From IMG/VR virus record IMGVR_UViG_3300027754_000035: a stretch of 64,000 nt of DNA; one strand, written 5' to 3'. A model generated the notes under the pieces. The model was not told the origin of the DNA, did no database searches, and saw nothing but the letters and a program-made list of their open reading frames with translations. Both the position numbers and the translations under genes were made by a program. Below, in pieces: positions 9,240 to 19,040 of this stretch; positions within the stretch are counted from its first letter, which is position 1, and each line of letters opens with the position of its first letter. Origin of the DNA: a virus. Its lineage: Duplodnaviria > Caudoviricetes.

Positions 9240-10845
9240 AAATTAAGTCTCCGTCGTTTAATAGATCTAGATTTTCTAATTTCTGATTTACACTTTTGCA
9301 TACTTCTTCTTCCACTGTATTCGCCACGAACACAATTTTTTGTATACTTTTCGTTTTTGCACTGTCACGCCAAACACGGCCTGTAGATTGACGCATCAAC
9401 ACCGCTGAGTACGATGGACATATTAACGCCAACCTTGGATATTTACCATTCAAATCGTGCAATGACAATCCAGCACCACCAGCTTGAATATTTACCAAAA
9501 TTACCCGTTCTTTGTCCGCTTGAAAATCATCAACGTTTTGTTGTCTTGCTTTGGCATACTTAGCTTCACCATTAACAACACACTTTGTATTCAATCTTTC
9601 TGATAGTGCAGTAATAGTTTCTGTGAAATTACAAAATACCACTATGCTCATACCGTTTTCAATACCTTCTTCAATCATTTCGATGAGCAATGGTACTTTG
9701 AACATTTCTACCTTTTGGCGAGCACGTAGAATTGCCACCATTTCGTTTTGCTTTTTGTCTTTACTCAATGTTTTTTCAATCTTGAGTAATTCCAATCGCA
9801 TTTCATCGTAGGCAGCATTAATTTTGTCTTGATCCGCTTTGTCCACAGCATAGCATTCGGCATCGATTTGGCTTTCTGGGAAATTTGGGATTGTGTCACG
9901 ACTCAGACGCACACCACGATTGATGAAAATATCTTCGTGTAGTTTCTTGAGTGCTTTTTTGTCGCCGGTAAATTCCATACCAAAACGACCTTTAATAACA
10001 CCGTGCTCATATGCCCAATCATAATATTGCTTGTTGGAGGAGAATAGTTTTATGCCTTGACCAACGGTTCGCAACTCCAAAGGATTGGTTGCCATAGTGG
10101 CAGAGCAAAACAACATCTTGTAGCCCGCTTTAAGCGCAGCCATACACATCTCACTATTTTTTGTTTTAGCGTTCTTTAACTTTTGAGCTTCATCCCATAC
10201 AATCAGAGTGTTCTTGGGTATCTTCCAAACGAATTCTTTTCTACGAGTGTCTCTGCGCTTAACATAACTTGCAATCAAACTATCGGTTTTACCAATACGA
10301 AGACTTTCATAATTTACGATATCAATGCACTTTCCCCACATCTTGAAATGATTCTTGATAACACGCTTCCAACTTTCTTTGACTGCTTTGGGACAAACCA
10401 CCAAAATATCCATATCAAGCTCACGGGCAACACCACATGCCGTGTATGTCTTGCCCACACCCACGTCACTACCATCGACGCCTGCTCCCCATTTTTTAAT
10501 TGATGCACAAAGCTTTGAAACCGCAGTTACTTGCCAAGGGCGTAATCCATCTGTACACTGCACTGTATATTCTGGTAGTGGTTCTGTTTTGGATGATTTT
10601 TTACCACCAGCCGTGGTTTTTGCGCTAAACTCCTCGGCTGTGTTTTTTGTTTCAATCAATACCCAATCTTCGGCTCGTTTTGTAACAACAAAGCCTTTTT
10701 CTTTCATTGGAAATTTGTTGACTTTCCACCACGAAAAGAAATGTGGTCGGTATTGAATTGGTATGACCCACTCACGCACGTAATAGACGTTACCATCAGC
10801 TTCGTACTTGATTGGATCTGACCACTTGATGTCCAAGTTGATCAT
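9217..10845 (-). CDS. Superfamily II (SNF2-like) helicase/ATPase
   Basis: DVGVGKTY Walker A, WDEAQ, SAT, GGAGLSL, QSTGRVWR. Confidence 0.88.
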   Translation of the reverse strand: MINLDIKWSDPIKYEADGNVYYVREWVIPIQYRPHFFSWWKVNKFPMKEKGFVVTKRAEDWVLIETKNTAEEFSAKTTAGGKKSSKTEPLPEYTVQCTDGLRPWQVTAVSKLCASIKKWGAGVDGSDVGVGKTYTACGVARELDMDILVVCPKAVKESWKRVIKNHFKMWGKCIDIVNYESLRIGKTDSLIASYVKRRDTRRKEFVWKIPKNTLIVWDEAQKLKNAKTKNSEMCMAALKAGYKMLFCSATMATNPLELRTVGQGIKLFSSNKQYYDWAYEHGVIKGRFGMEFTGDKKALKKLHEDIFINRGVRLSRDTIPNFPESQIDAECYAVDKADQDKINAAYDEMRLELLKIEKTLSKDKKQNEMVAILRARQKVEMFKVPLLIEMIEEGIENGMSIVVFCNFTETITALSERLNTKCVVNGEAKYAKARQQNVDDFQADKERVILVNIQAGGAGLSLHDLNGKYPRLALICPSYSAVLMRQSTGRVWRDSAKTKSIQKIVFVANTVEEEVCKSVNQKLENLDLLNDGDLIYARKEKP

Positions 10846-10853
10846 ACAACAGC

Positions 10854-11156
10854 TTAATCACCCATCACATCACGATACTTGGTATTACGTGCGTGTTCAT
10901 GCACGTTGCAACGCTTGAATCTGCCATCTTTACCAACAAGGCCAAGCTCCACCTTTTCAGCCATCAGTTCGGTGAAATAGGCACCATTCGTATCATCATA
11001 GCCATGGCCCAGACTCACCATTTCCAACATAAAGTTGGTGCGGTTTTGGCCAGTTAGTTTCTTACACAATGTTTCCAGATAAGCCACCACTTCGGGTACG
11101 GTTTCTCTGTATACTATGGTATTGGTTGTAGTATCTTTGATGTAGTAACGATTCAT
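10854..11156 (-). CDS. Hypothetical protein
   Basis: ORF track; probable start MNRYY. Confidence 0.6.
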   Translation of the reverse strand: MNRYYIKDTTTNTIVYRETVPEVVAYLETLCKKLTGQNRTNFMLEMVSLGHGYDDTNGAYFTELMAEKVELGLVGKDGRFKRCNVHEHARNTKYRDVMGD

Positions 11157-11235
11157 AATTGATCTATGTTTACCATATAAATAGGCAATACACAAGTACA
11201 ATTATATTTATATTTGCAGGCTTGATGACCGATCC

Positions 11236-11598
11236 TTAGTCTGTTTCAAGTGGAACTGATGAATCCATGTCTCGTTCGGTCTGACTACGAATCGTATCAA
11301 AGTACTGAACCAACTTATTAACTAGATTATCTGCCATGGGTTCAATCCAATCTTGTGATTTGTATTCGGTGGTGCTTAAACCAGCATGAATTGGTCGAAT
11401 ATTACCTTTTTCAAATTCTTGTGTCAGAAACCCAATTAGATCTTGTCGCAACGCAGATGCATGATCGATTTGAAAAATTTCACACAAAGACTTTTTGTTT
11501 TTGTTGCGCAGCCACTTAACAATAGCATCACGAACTCCGGGTGAAGTTGCTTCAAATTGGGTTCGTAGTTGTTGCTCGTAGCGTAGATACACGTCCAT
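11236..11598 (-). CDS. Hypothetical protein
   Basis: Probable start MDVYLR, 6 nt after a TATTTATT motif. Confidence 0.6.
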   Translation of the reverse strand: MDVYLRYEQQLRTQFEATSPGVRDAIVKWLRNKNKKSLCEIFQIDHASALRQDLIGFLTQEFEKGNIRPIHAGLSTTEYKSQDWIEPMADNLVNKLVQYFDTIRSQTERDMDSSVPLETD

Positions 11599-11687
11599 AT
11601 CAACAATAAATATCATAATAGTTTGTTATCCACATTTAATTTCTCCAATTGTTGTTGTTGGTAATATTTATATACATAACGTGAAGT

Positions 11688-12374
11688 ATGCCTAAGAAAT
11701 ACGATATAGTAATTCCGCAACGTGATCCACAAAATACCAAATTTGTGGAGCGTATTATTTCTGGGTCCAATTTGTTTTTGGCTACAGATCCGCAAGGTAA
11801 ATTGATTGGTACCGATAATTTACCACCATTCAACATATCTGGAAGTAGTATCAGTGCATCAGCACTGTTTGTTCAGGGTAAAACAGATCTACGAGGACCG
11901 TTGGTAGCAACCAGTGGATCGTTTACCAATATAGTTTTTAATCCAGGCGCACCAGCACCAATCAACAGCAATTCGTATGGTATGCCTGGCGAATTAAGAA
12001 CCGACAATAATTTTTTGTATCTGTTTTTGAACAATAAATGGAGACGTGCGCCGTTCAATTTGGATTTTTATGATACACCAAGTGTAACTCCAAGTGTAAC
12101 TCCAAGTGTAACAGTTACACCAACTAGAACTGCAACACCAAGTGTAACACCAACTAGAACTGCAACACCAAGTGTAACTGCAACACCAACTAGAACTGCA
12201 ACACCAAGTGTAACTGCAACACCTAGCTTGACTGCAACACCAAGTGTAACACCAACTAGAACTGCAACTCCAAGTGTAACTGCAACTCCGAGCTTAACTG
12301 CAACTCCGAGCTTAACTGCAACTCCGAGCTTAACAGCTACTCCAAGTGTAACACCAAGCACATCTACTCCGTAA
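11688..12374 (+). CDS. Tail-fibre-like protein with C-terminal Thr/Pro/Ser mucin-like repeats
   Basis: GMPGELRTDNNFLYLFLNNKWRRAP resembles the fibre-associated G.PG...D.NYIYVC....W.R motif; about 95 aa of TATPSV repeats. Confidence 0.65.
   Translation: MPKKYDIVIPQRDPQNTKFVERIISGSNLFLATDPQGKLIGTDNLPPFNISGSSISASALFVQGKTDLRGPLVATSGSFTNIVFNPGAPAPINSNSYGMPGELRTDNNFLYLFLNNKWRRAPFNLDFYDTPSVTPSVTPSVTVTPTRTATPSVTPTRTATPSVTATPTRTATPSVTATPSLTATPSVTPTRTATPSVTATPSLTATPSLTATPSLTATPSVTPSTSTP
12077..12370 (+). repeat. 18-nt-based tandem repeats (TATPS[VL] / TPTRTA)
   Basis: acaccaagtgtaac / actgcaac units. Confidence 0.9.
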
Positions 12375-12392
12375 CACAAACAACAATTTATT

Positions 12393-12674
12393 ATGGATGA
12401 ATTTTTAGGCGCAATCAAAATCTTTGCTGGTAATTATGCTCCAGTTGGATATATGTTCTGTGAAGGTCAATCATTAAGTATTGGGAGCTACCAACGACTG
12501 TATTCAATTTTAGGACCAACATATGGTGGAGATGGCAAGACCACTTTTCAACTTCCTGATCTAAGAACCAGCACCTACAGCAAAAATGAGCTACCGTCGG
12601 TGACCAACAACACACCCACCGTGGCCATGAGATACATTATCTGTGTTGATGGTGTGTCTCCAGAGCGACCATAA
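12393..12674 (+). CDS. Phage tail-collar domain protein
   Basis: FLGAIKIFAGNYAPVGYMFCEGQSL...LYSILGPTYGGDGKTTFQLPDLR. Confidence 0.88.
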   Translation: MDEFLGAIKIFAGNYAPVGYMFCEGQSLSIGSYQRLYSILGPTYGGDGKTTFQLPDLRTSTYSKNELPSVTNNTPTVAMRYIICVDGVSPERP

Positions 12675-12704
12675 AAAAGGGTGATGGTTTTTATTCCATC
12701 ACCC
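12673..12704 (-). terminator. Rho-independent terminator between convergent genes
   Basis: GGGTGATGG/CCATCACCC stem with a 6-A tract (U-tract on minus strand). Confidence 0.7.
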
Positions 12705-12725
12705 CATCTGCATTTTGGATTTGTG

Positions 12726-12896
12726 TTATTTTTTTGTCAATAGAAATTGTACCACAAGATTGTTGAAGAACTTTTCTACTGCTTGTTTTTTAACCACACG
12801 TCTGCGAGTTTCTCTCAAATAAAACTGGACTAGATCCACCGTTAGTTCAATTTCTTGACCGTCTATTTGAATTGTTTGTGGAGAGCGCAATACCAT
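12726..12896 (-). CDS. Small hypothetical protein
   Basis: MVLRSPQ..., 56 aa. Confidence 0.5.
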   Translation of the reverse strand: MVLRSPQTIQIDGQEIELTVDLVQFYLRETRRRVVKKQAVEKFFNNLVVQFLLTKK

Positions 12897-12940
12897 ATAT
12901 TTATATATAATAGTACACACACACAAACATTTCAAAATCC

Positions 12941-13588
12941 TTATGATTTGATTAAAAAGTGATTCCAGTCAAAGTGACGAGCCTCACGAATGGTAGCATA
13001 TAGAGGAATTGGTGATGGAGCAACTGGATTACGTAGCAGCTTCAAACCAACTTCACTGTTGAGTTTATTACCCTTTTTGCTGTTGACATCCTTGCTACAC
13101 AGCACAAGATTTTCCCAACTGTCGTGGCCACCCTTGCTGCTAGGTATGATGTGGTCAATTGTGGCACTCTGTCGCTCAATCTTACGACCTGTGTATTGAC
13201 ACGTACCATTGTCACGGCGATAGATTGCATCCTTGCTAGGCTTGCCATTAAAACGCTTAACAGGCATCTTATTGAAGTTTGTAGCAATGATCACAGTTGG
13301 AGCACGCATCGTGAATCGAGCACTGTGAACCACAGGATCCCAACTACGAATCGGCAACGTCAACCACTCACTCCACGTCACAGGATTCATGCTCTTTGCT
13401 TCGGACGTAATTGGATCACCGTTATCATCGACTTCGTAATCAATGTCCAAGACCAAGCTGGTAGGCTTATCGTGGGAATCACCACTACAAAGATCAACGA
13501 TGGCGTCTTTCACAGTCTTGAAACCCACAGGCTGCCAATTGGCATTGAGGTTCAAGCAAATAGTCTTGTTGATGATACTGTTTTCCAT
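12941..13588 (-). CDS. HNH endonuclease
   Basis: CQYTG...TIDHIIPSSKGG..SWENLVLC...NSKKGN. Confidence 0.88.
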   Translation of the reverse strand: MENSIINKTICLNLNANWQPVGFKTVKDAIVDLCSGDSHDKPTSLVLDIDYEVDDNGDPITSEAKSMNPVTWSEWLTLPIRSWDPVVHSARFTMRAPTVIIATNFNKMPVKRFNGKPSKDAIYRRDNGTCQYTGRKIERQSATIDHIIPSSKGGHDSWENLVLCSKDVNSKKGNKLNSEVGLKLLRNPVAPSPIPLYATIREARHFDWNHFLIKS

Positions 13589-13598
13589 AACTTCCTCT

Positions 13599-13626
13599 AG
13601 TATAGACTCTTTTTATACAATGTCAA
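13599..13626 (-). promoter_or_regulatory. Sigma70-like promoter, 16-nt spacer
   Basis: TTGACA-N16-TATACT upstream of the HNH gene. Confidence 0.7.
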
Positions 13627-13933
13627 GAGGGAATTTTTCTTCCACCAGTGACTCGTCCAATCGGGTTTTTGCTATGTTTAGATCCACTCTAAACCATTCG
13701 TTTTTGATTTCCAATGCAAAATAACGCATATTTTTACGAATTTGTTGTTCTGCTTCGTAACAATTCGGGTGAAAAATGTAATATTCCATCTTGAAATTGC
13801 GATGGGGGCTACCTGTTTGGTATGTACGCAAACGACTGGAAATATCAGTAGTAACCCCGATTTTGTAGTAATCGGGGTAGTTGCTGTTGCTGATTATGTA
13901 AATAAACCCTTCTTTGGACCGTTGCTTACCCAT
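13613..13933 (-). CDS. GIY-YIG (T5orf172-like) domain protein
   Basis: GFIYII...YYKIGVTTD...RL..YQTGSP. Confidence 0.8.
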   Translation of the reverse strand: MGKQRSKEGFIYIISNSNYPDYYKIGVTTDISSRLRTYQTGSPHRNFKMEYYIFHPNCYEAEQQIRKNMRYFALEIKNEWFRVDLNIAKTRLDESLVEEKFPLDIV

Positions 13934-13976
13934 AGTAATAAGTAGTCAACCAACCAGCACGAAGGCTTTTGTCGAA

Positions 13977-14591
13977 TTATATTATTTCATCAACTAAACC
14001 GTATTTGACACACTCATTGGCATTCAAATAAATGTCATGCTTCAAAATTTCTTCAAGATCGGCTTTACTGAATTTGGTGTGTTCCAAATAAATCTGGGTC
14101 ACTTTTTCAGCCAACATATCAAGATTTTTGGCTTCATCTTTGAGATTTTCATGTGTACCACCACACCAACTGCGCAATTGATGTACCAACATTACACCAC
14201 TCTTACCAATATATCGTTTGCTACCACACACGCTGATCAATGTAGCGGCACTGGCAGCAATACCTTCTACATAGGTGTGAATAGGCACTTTGCTGCTGGT
14301 GATACGATCCACTGTTGTAAATGCGCTGAATATTTCGCCGCCGTCGCTATTGATGAATAGTTTGATGTGTGGTGGTTTTGACATACCCAATTGAATTTGG
14401 GTGATCAACATTTGTTTTTCCAGATCGGATATTGCCTTGTTCAAAGAAAAAACACTTCCAAGTGAGACATCACTGTAGAAGTATATTTCGTTGCCATGAA
14501 CTTGACTTTGCCCTCGACTGGGCTTGGTTATGATAATTTCTTCATCATCAATATCCGTCAACTGTGGTCTTGGGTTTTTGTATAGATGCAT
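13977..14591 (-). CDS. clpP: ClpP-like serine protease
   Basis: LFINSDGG, GIAASAATLI (Ser), MLVHQ (His), HDIYLNANEC..YGLVDEI (Asp). Confidence 0.82.
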   Translation of the reverse strand: MHLYKNPRPQLTDIDDEEIIITKPSRGQSQVHGNEIYFYSDVSLGSVFSLNKAISDLEKQMLITQIQLGMSKPPHIKLFINSDGGEIFSAFTTVDRITSSKVPIHTYVEGIAASAATLISVCGSKRYIGKSGVMLVHQLRSWCGGTHENLKDEAKNLDMLAEKVTQIYLEHTKFSKADLEEILKHDIYLNANECVKYGLVDEII

Positions 14592-14608
14592 AACTTACAC
14601 TATACATA

Positions 14609-15109
14609 TCATTTTTTTGGCGGTGAATCAAAGTTAAATTCCGTTTGATTGCTCAAAATTTGTTGCAATTCTGTGTCATCTACAACATAAAAGTCTTGTC
14701 CGTTTGCTAAACTTTTATGGTGTGTTTTAATCCATCCCTTTTTATTGTAACCCACATTCTCAGTTTGACCTGTAGTTTCACAAATGAATCCACTTATATA
14801 TTCCACAAATGAGATCACGGCTTGTGTGTGTTGATTACCACCATCAACATAAAATCTAAGTGTGCCAAACTTTTCTTTGACTTGTACCACCTTGATTTGC
14901 TTGACAGGCAGATATTGCTCGGGATATTTTTCAGCCGATTTATTTTGTTGATCGATGTAAGATTGAAGATATCTGCTCAACCACAGAATTGGTCTAAACC
15001 AACCATCTTGACATTCAAACCCAAATAACTCGAACGGATTATCTCGACCACACTCAGTATACAGTTTCGGAAATTTACTTTTTAGGTACGTTTGTAGTTC
15101 CGGCGTCAT
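14609..15109 (-). CDS. Conserved phage hypothetical protein
   Basis: GFEC.DGW...QVKEKFGTLRFY motif. Confidence 0.7.
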   Translation of the reverse strand: MTPELQTYLKSKFPKLYTECGRDNPFELFGFECQDGWFRPILWLSRYLQSYIDQQNKSAEKYPEQYLPVKQIKVVQVKEKFGTLRFYVDGGNQHTQAVISFVEYISGFICETTGQTENVGYNKKGWIKTHHKSLANGQDFYVVDDTELQQILSNQTEFNFDSPPKK

Positions 15110-15335
15110 TGTAGGTAATATTGAAATTGTGGTGTGGAACTTGTGGTAGCTCTGAGTACGTGTAACTTCGATCAGATAATACGTAACTTACTGTGCAAAT
15201 TTTATGAATATCTTGCACAAATTTTGCATAATCAATCGGATGTTCTGGTCGAAGATTATGCTTCTCAAAGATGCGTTGAACATCTTCGGTTTTGAAATAG
15301 TATTGTGGATTATCAAATGGTTGTATATTTGTCAT
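15075..15335 (-). CDS. Hypothetical protein
   Basis: Operon packing. Confidence 0.55.
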   Translation of the reverse strand: MTNIQPFDNPQYYFKTEDVQRIFEKHNLRPEHPIDYAKFVQDIHKICTVSYVLSDRSYTYSELPQVPHHNFNITYNDAGTTNVPKK

Positions 15336-15355
15336 ATATACAACATATTAACACA

Positions 15356-15742
15356 TCACTCTGCTTTGTCAAGTGGAAATTGTAATGAGTAAATCATCAA
15401 GTCGGGGTTTGCATACCCAAACTTTTTTACTAATTGGCCAGCGACAGAATTGGCTTCGTCTTCAACTTGTCCACCAACATCTGGATGTTGAACATTGAGT
15501 TGTTGGCGTTGATTTTGTAAATGATGCACCATTTCGTGTGCAATGCTACGCAACACATCTGCCAATCCACGACCATTGGTATAAACCTTCATATCGCCAC
15601 TCGTTTTGTCATAGTAAGCATATGTCTTGAGGTCACCATCTCGTACACTGGTGAGCTTTACTTTGAATGGAGCATTGATATCAAGTTGGTCGTGTATGAA
15701 CTTGAGGAACTTGACTACGGCGTATTTGAGGTTTTTCTCCAT
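15356..15742 (-). CDS. Zincin-like HEXXH protein
   Basis: LRSIAHEMVHHLQ...EDEAN; TATTTATA 3 nt before the ATG. Confidence 0.6.
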   Translation of the reverse strand: MEKNLKYAVVKFLKFIHDQLDINAPFKVKLTSVRDGDLKTYAYYDKTSGDMKVYTNGRGLADVLRSIAHEMVHHLQNQRQQLNVQHPDVGGQVEDEANSVAGQLVKKFGYANPDLMIYSLQFPLDKAE

Positions 15743-15779
15743 GGTTATAAATATCAACTACGATTGTGAATTGATGGTA

Positions 15780-16535
15780 TTATTGCCCAAATACTCGTTT
15801 CCAGAATCCCTGTTTCTTTTGAGATTTGGTCGTTATCACAACATTTTCTTTTTTTGGTTCTTCTGACTTTACTTCGTCAATGCTACCATCGTAAGAACTC
15901 ACCGTGATCAAATAATGAGATTTATTGGCTTCGCCCATGTTGTTTGGAAACTTGTAGCCCAATTTTTCCAAGTCTTGACGTTTCACCAATGCCAATTTAC
16001 CGTTTTCTTGCTTCAATTGTGTGATGGTGGTTTCGTATTCTTTCAACTTGATATACAGAGTGTCACGTTCTTGTGTTAGACTCTTGATCTTTCCCACCAT
16101 ATCATCCAACTGAGCGTTATTTGCGTGGTCTTCAGCGTCATGTAGTTTTTGATTGAGTGTGTTGATGTCGCCAGTCAGTTTTACCACCGTGTTGCGCAGA
16201 ACCTTGGCATCTGCTTCCAATGCTGTTTTTTCATTGAGTAGCTGCGTGATCTTGGTATCTTTGTCGGTGCTGTCTTTTTGCAATACTGTTACCATCGAAT
16301 TAAGTGATTGTAAACTGTTTTGCACTTCAGAAAATTTGGTATCATAACTTTTTACCAAATTGGATAATCCACCCACTTCATTATTGAGAGAATTGATACG
16401 GTTTGTAAGACTGTGATTTTGAATCACTTGTTGATTGTAGAGATTGGTCTGAGTTTTGTATTTATCGTAGTAAACACCCGAACCCATCAGAAGGGTCAGC
16501 ATCAGAACGCCTGTGATTGCAACAGTTTTTGTCAT
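15780..16535 (-). CDS. N-terminally membrane-anchored coiled-coil protein
   Basis: Hydrophobic residues 5-21 followed by long heptad-like helices. Confidence 0.65.
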   Translation of the reverse strand: MTKTVAITGVLMLTLLMGSGVYYDKYKTQTNLYNQQVIQNHSLTNRINSLNNEVGGLSNLVKSYDTKFSEVQNSLQSLNSMVTVLQKDSTDKDTKITQLLNEKTALEADAKVLRNTVVKLTGDINTLNQKLHDAEDHANNAQLDDMVGKIKSLTQERDTLYIKLKEYETTITQLKQENGKLALVKRQDLEKLGYKFPNNMGEANKSHYLITVSSYDGSIDEVKSEEPKKENVVITTKSQKKQGFWKRVFGQ

Positions 16536-16536
16536 A

Positions 16537-16911
16537 TTATTCTAGAGTTAGAAGGTACTTGAGTTTGTTTAGTTGTCCCAACATTTCATCACGGATGTTA
16601 AGCAAATCGGTATCATTCTCAACATTGAGTTCTTTTGGTAAAGCCACTGTCAAATATTCTACGTATTTATCGCAGAATTCCGTTGGAGAACTTTGACCTT
16701 CGTAATTAACCAATCTAATGGTAAATCCGTCCTTGCTCTTGATTCTACCATACTTTCCCATAAACACCTCAACAAAAGAATCGATTAGATCTGAGAATTC
16801 TCCGTATGCTTTATCCAACGCTTTGTGTTGGGCAAAACTACCTTTACCACGGGTTTGCCAATGGTAAATTTTGATTTGGTTTAGTATGGTCAACAGATTG
16901 GTTACTATCAT
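16537..16911 (-). CDS. Ferritin/Dps-like four-helix protein (DUF5856-like)
   Basis: IKIYHWQT...FAQHKALD..Y...IDSFVE...DLLNIRDEMLG.LNKLKYLLTLE. Confidence 0.7.
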   Translation of the reverse strand: MIVTNLLTILNQIKIYHWQTRGKGSFAQHKALDKAYGEFSDLIDSFVEVFMGKYGRIKSKDGFTIRLVNYEGQSSPTEFCDKYVEYLTVALPKELNVENDTDLLNIRDEMLGQLNKLKYLLTLE

Positions 16912-16981
16912 ATACCCAATAAATAGTAGCCGACTGATTAAAATAATCCAAAACAATCACTATGGGCTATGTATATTTGTT

Positions 16982-17782
16982 ATGTTGTTTACTAATAAGC
17001 CCAAGATGGAGGCCGTGATTCCGTGGCCCAATGAAAATGTGTTATCAGATGATATTAAGGCAAAAACTATTATTTTGGTACCGGTTGGTTCCCATATTGA
17101 ACCAGCGTGTGATGAAGCGTTGCGACAGTTGGAAAAAGACGGTATTAAAGTGTATCGTAAGTATGGATTTAGCGCAATTGATCAGGGTCGGTGTGTGATG
17201 GCACAACAAGCCATTGATGAAGACTACGAACATTTGTTTTGGATTGATAGCGACGTTGCTTTTTATCCAGGCGACGTTTATCGCACCATCAACAGAAACT
17301 GCGCTCTTAAAGGACAATATCCGTTTCAGACAGCAGCATACACAGTCAAGGGATGGCCTGCGTTAACAACCAAGTTTCATTCCGATTTTGATAAAGTATT
17401 TTTTGGTCGTCACGGTGCTTTGTATGAAGTAGAATATGCAGCGACTGGATTCATGTATACACATCTATCGGTGTATGAGGATATCAAACGAAAATTCAAC
17501 ATGAAACCAGTAAAAATTTGGGGTGGTCAATATACCGTACATCCTTGGTTTCTACCCATGATTATTGGTGAAGATTACGTTGGTGAAGATTTTGCGTTCT
17601 GTCATAGAGCAAAACAAGCTGGGCATACTATTTTATGCGATACCACAATTCGATTGGCACATATTGGCAAATATAGCTATAGTTTTGACTTTTTGACCAG
17701 ACCCGGCAAATTGCCAAGCGACGAACCAACATCTCTGGTTTATTATAATGATGGAAGTGGCAAACCCGCTGATAGTTATTAA
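16982..17782 (+). CDS. GT-A fold glycosyltransferase-like protein
   Basis: IDQGR, HLFWIDSD, ATGFM, GEDFAFCHRA, LAHIG. Confidence 0.75.
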   Translation: MLFTNKPKMEAVIPWPNENVLSDDIKAKTIILVPVGSHIEPACDEALRQLEKDGIKVYRKYGFSAIDQGRCVMAQQAIDEDYEHLFWIDSDVAFYPGDVYRTINRNCALKGQYPFQTAAYTVKGWPALTTKFHSDFDKVFFGRHGALYEVEYAATGFMYTHLSVYEDIKRKFNMKPVKIWGGQYTVHPWFLPMIIGEDYVGEDFAFCHRAKQAGHTILCDTTIRLAHIGKYSYSFDFLTRPGKLPSDEPTSLVYYNDGSGKPADSY

Positions 17783-17784
17783 GG

Positions 17785-18267
17785 ATGGCACTTGAACACT
17801 ACATAGTTGAAGGGTCAAATTGGAAATGTAAGGTTTCTTTAGAGAAGTCTAAAGACGTAGACGCTGAATATCAGCTTATTGAGGCAGCAACCAGATGTGT
17901 AGAACATCTATTCACAAATACAAGTCGAGAAGATTCTGTGGATATGCTTGAACTCAAAGATTCCAATGGTGTTGACTTTTTCTCAATGATGGATGGACCT
18001 GTAGACGATGTTCCTGATCCCGCATTTGGGTTGTTGATAAAGATCTACAAAACCAAGGACACCAACAAAGTTGACAACCACTATGTTATTCGCACAAAAG
18101 TATTGATGGAGAATGCCAGTGCATATGACGCAATCCCTCTGTCATTTGAACTTGAAAAGGAAATCAAAAAAAGTAATCCCCGTATGTACAAAACCATAAA
18201 CTTTTTGATGAAAAACAAAGTGGTTCTTAAATTTGGGGAAATCAAGAAGATAGAAGAAGATCTTTGA
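17785..18267 (+). CDS. Hypothetical protein
   Basis: Operon packing; paralog of 8886..9239. Confidence 0.6.
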   Translation: MALEHYIVEGSNWKCKVSLEKSKDVDAEYQLIEAATRCVEHLFTNTSREDSVDMLELKDSNGVDFFSMMDGPVDDVPDPAFGLLIKIYKTKDTNKVDNHYVIRTKVLMENASAYDAIPLSFELEKEIKKSNPRMYKTINFLMKNKVVLKFGEIKKIEEDL

Positions 18268-18754
18268 TGTAGTTTTGAGCATCTTTGTGATGTATCCAAC
18301 CTTTGATCTTGACTGGATTTGGCTTTCTGTTGACTTTCTTGTACAGTCTAAAGAAATCGCCACACACCGTTAAAAACATGGGATCTAGATCATCAATATC
18401 ATTGTAGTTATTTGGATTGTACAAAGGTACACCCAATATCTTATAGTCTTTTTTACCATGATCGTAAGTCATCAACGCACCTACGATTTTTACTTCCACC
18501 AACGATAATGGAACCAATGGTACGGTGTTGTATATCAATATATCCACAGGATCGCCGTCATCAGCAAGAGTGTTGGGTAAAAATCCATAGCTTGCAGGAT
18601 ATTGCAATGAACTGATTAAGCAACGATCCAATTTGACCAAACCACTTTCAGCATCATATTCATACTTGGTGTTGGTATCTTTTGGAATCTCAACAACCGC
18701 TTTGGCTATTTCTGGAAATTTTTTATGTTGAGGTAGATGTAACAAATTTGGCAT
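18242..18754 (-). CDS. ppa: Family I inorganic pyrophosphatase
   Basis: VEIPK...KYEYD...LDR, YPASYGFLPNTLADDGDPVDI, FFRLYK. Confidence 0.92.
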   Translation of the reverse strand: MPNLLHLPQHKKFPEIAKAVVEIPKDTNTKYEYDAESGLVKLDRCLISSLQYPASYGFLPNTLADDGDPVDILIYNTVPLVPLSLVEVKIVGALMTYDHGKKDYKILGVPLYNPNNYNDIDDLDPMFLTVCGDFFRLYKKVNRKPNPVKIKGWIHHKDAQNYIKDLLLSS

Positions 18755-18760
18755 ATTATT

Positions 18761-18949
18761 CTAAAACACAATTTCTACCTTGCACGACTTTTTGCTGTAA
18801 AAGCCTTCATCGATGATATATTTTACAACCAAATCACATTGGGGTCTGAAATCTTCCAGCGACATATCAGTGGGTTTCCAAATCCTGACGGTTTTTGCGT
18901 CTTTGATTAGGAAGCGAATGCCACGTATTGTTCCGCTAAAATTCTGCAT
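18761..18949 (-). CDS. Small hypothetical protein
   Basis: MQNFSG..., TATTTATT 9 nt upstream. Confidence 0.5.
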   Translation of the reverse strand: MQNFSGTIRGIRFLIKDAKTVRIWKPTDMSLEDFRPQCDLVVKYIIDEGFYSKKSCKVEIVF

Positions 18950-19005
18950 ATACTTGTCAATAAATAGTACCACACGTTTGACAAAGATCAAATCTAAACT
19001 TGTTC

Positions 19006-19033
19006 TTGACAATTTTTTACGATGTGTTATATT
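19006..19033 (+). promoter_or_regulatory. Sigma70-like promoter, 16-nt spacer
   Basis: TTGACA-N16-TATATT, ATG at 19041. Confidence 0.65.
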
Positions 19034-19040
19034 TGATGAT

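Noticed and set aside
15780-16535. Rz-like i-spanin
   Set aside because: TM plus coiled coil fits, but no overlapping or adjacent lipoprotein (Rz1) gene; the only lipobox gene is 26 kb away
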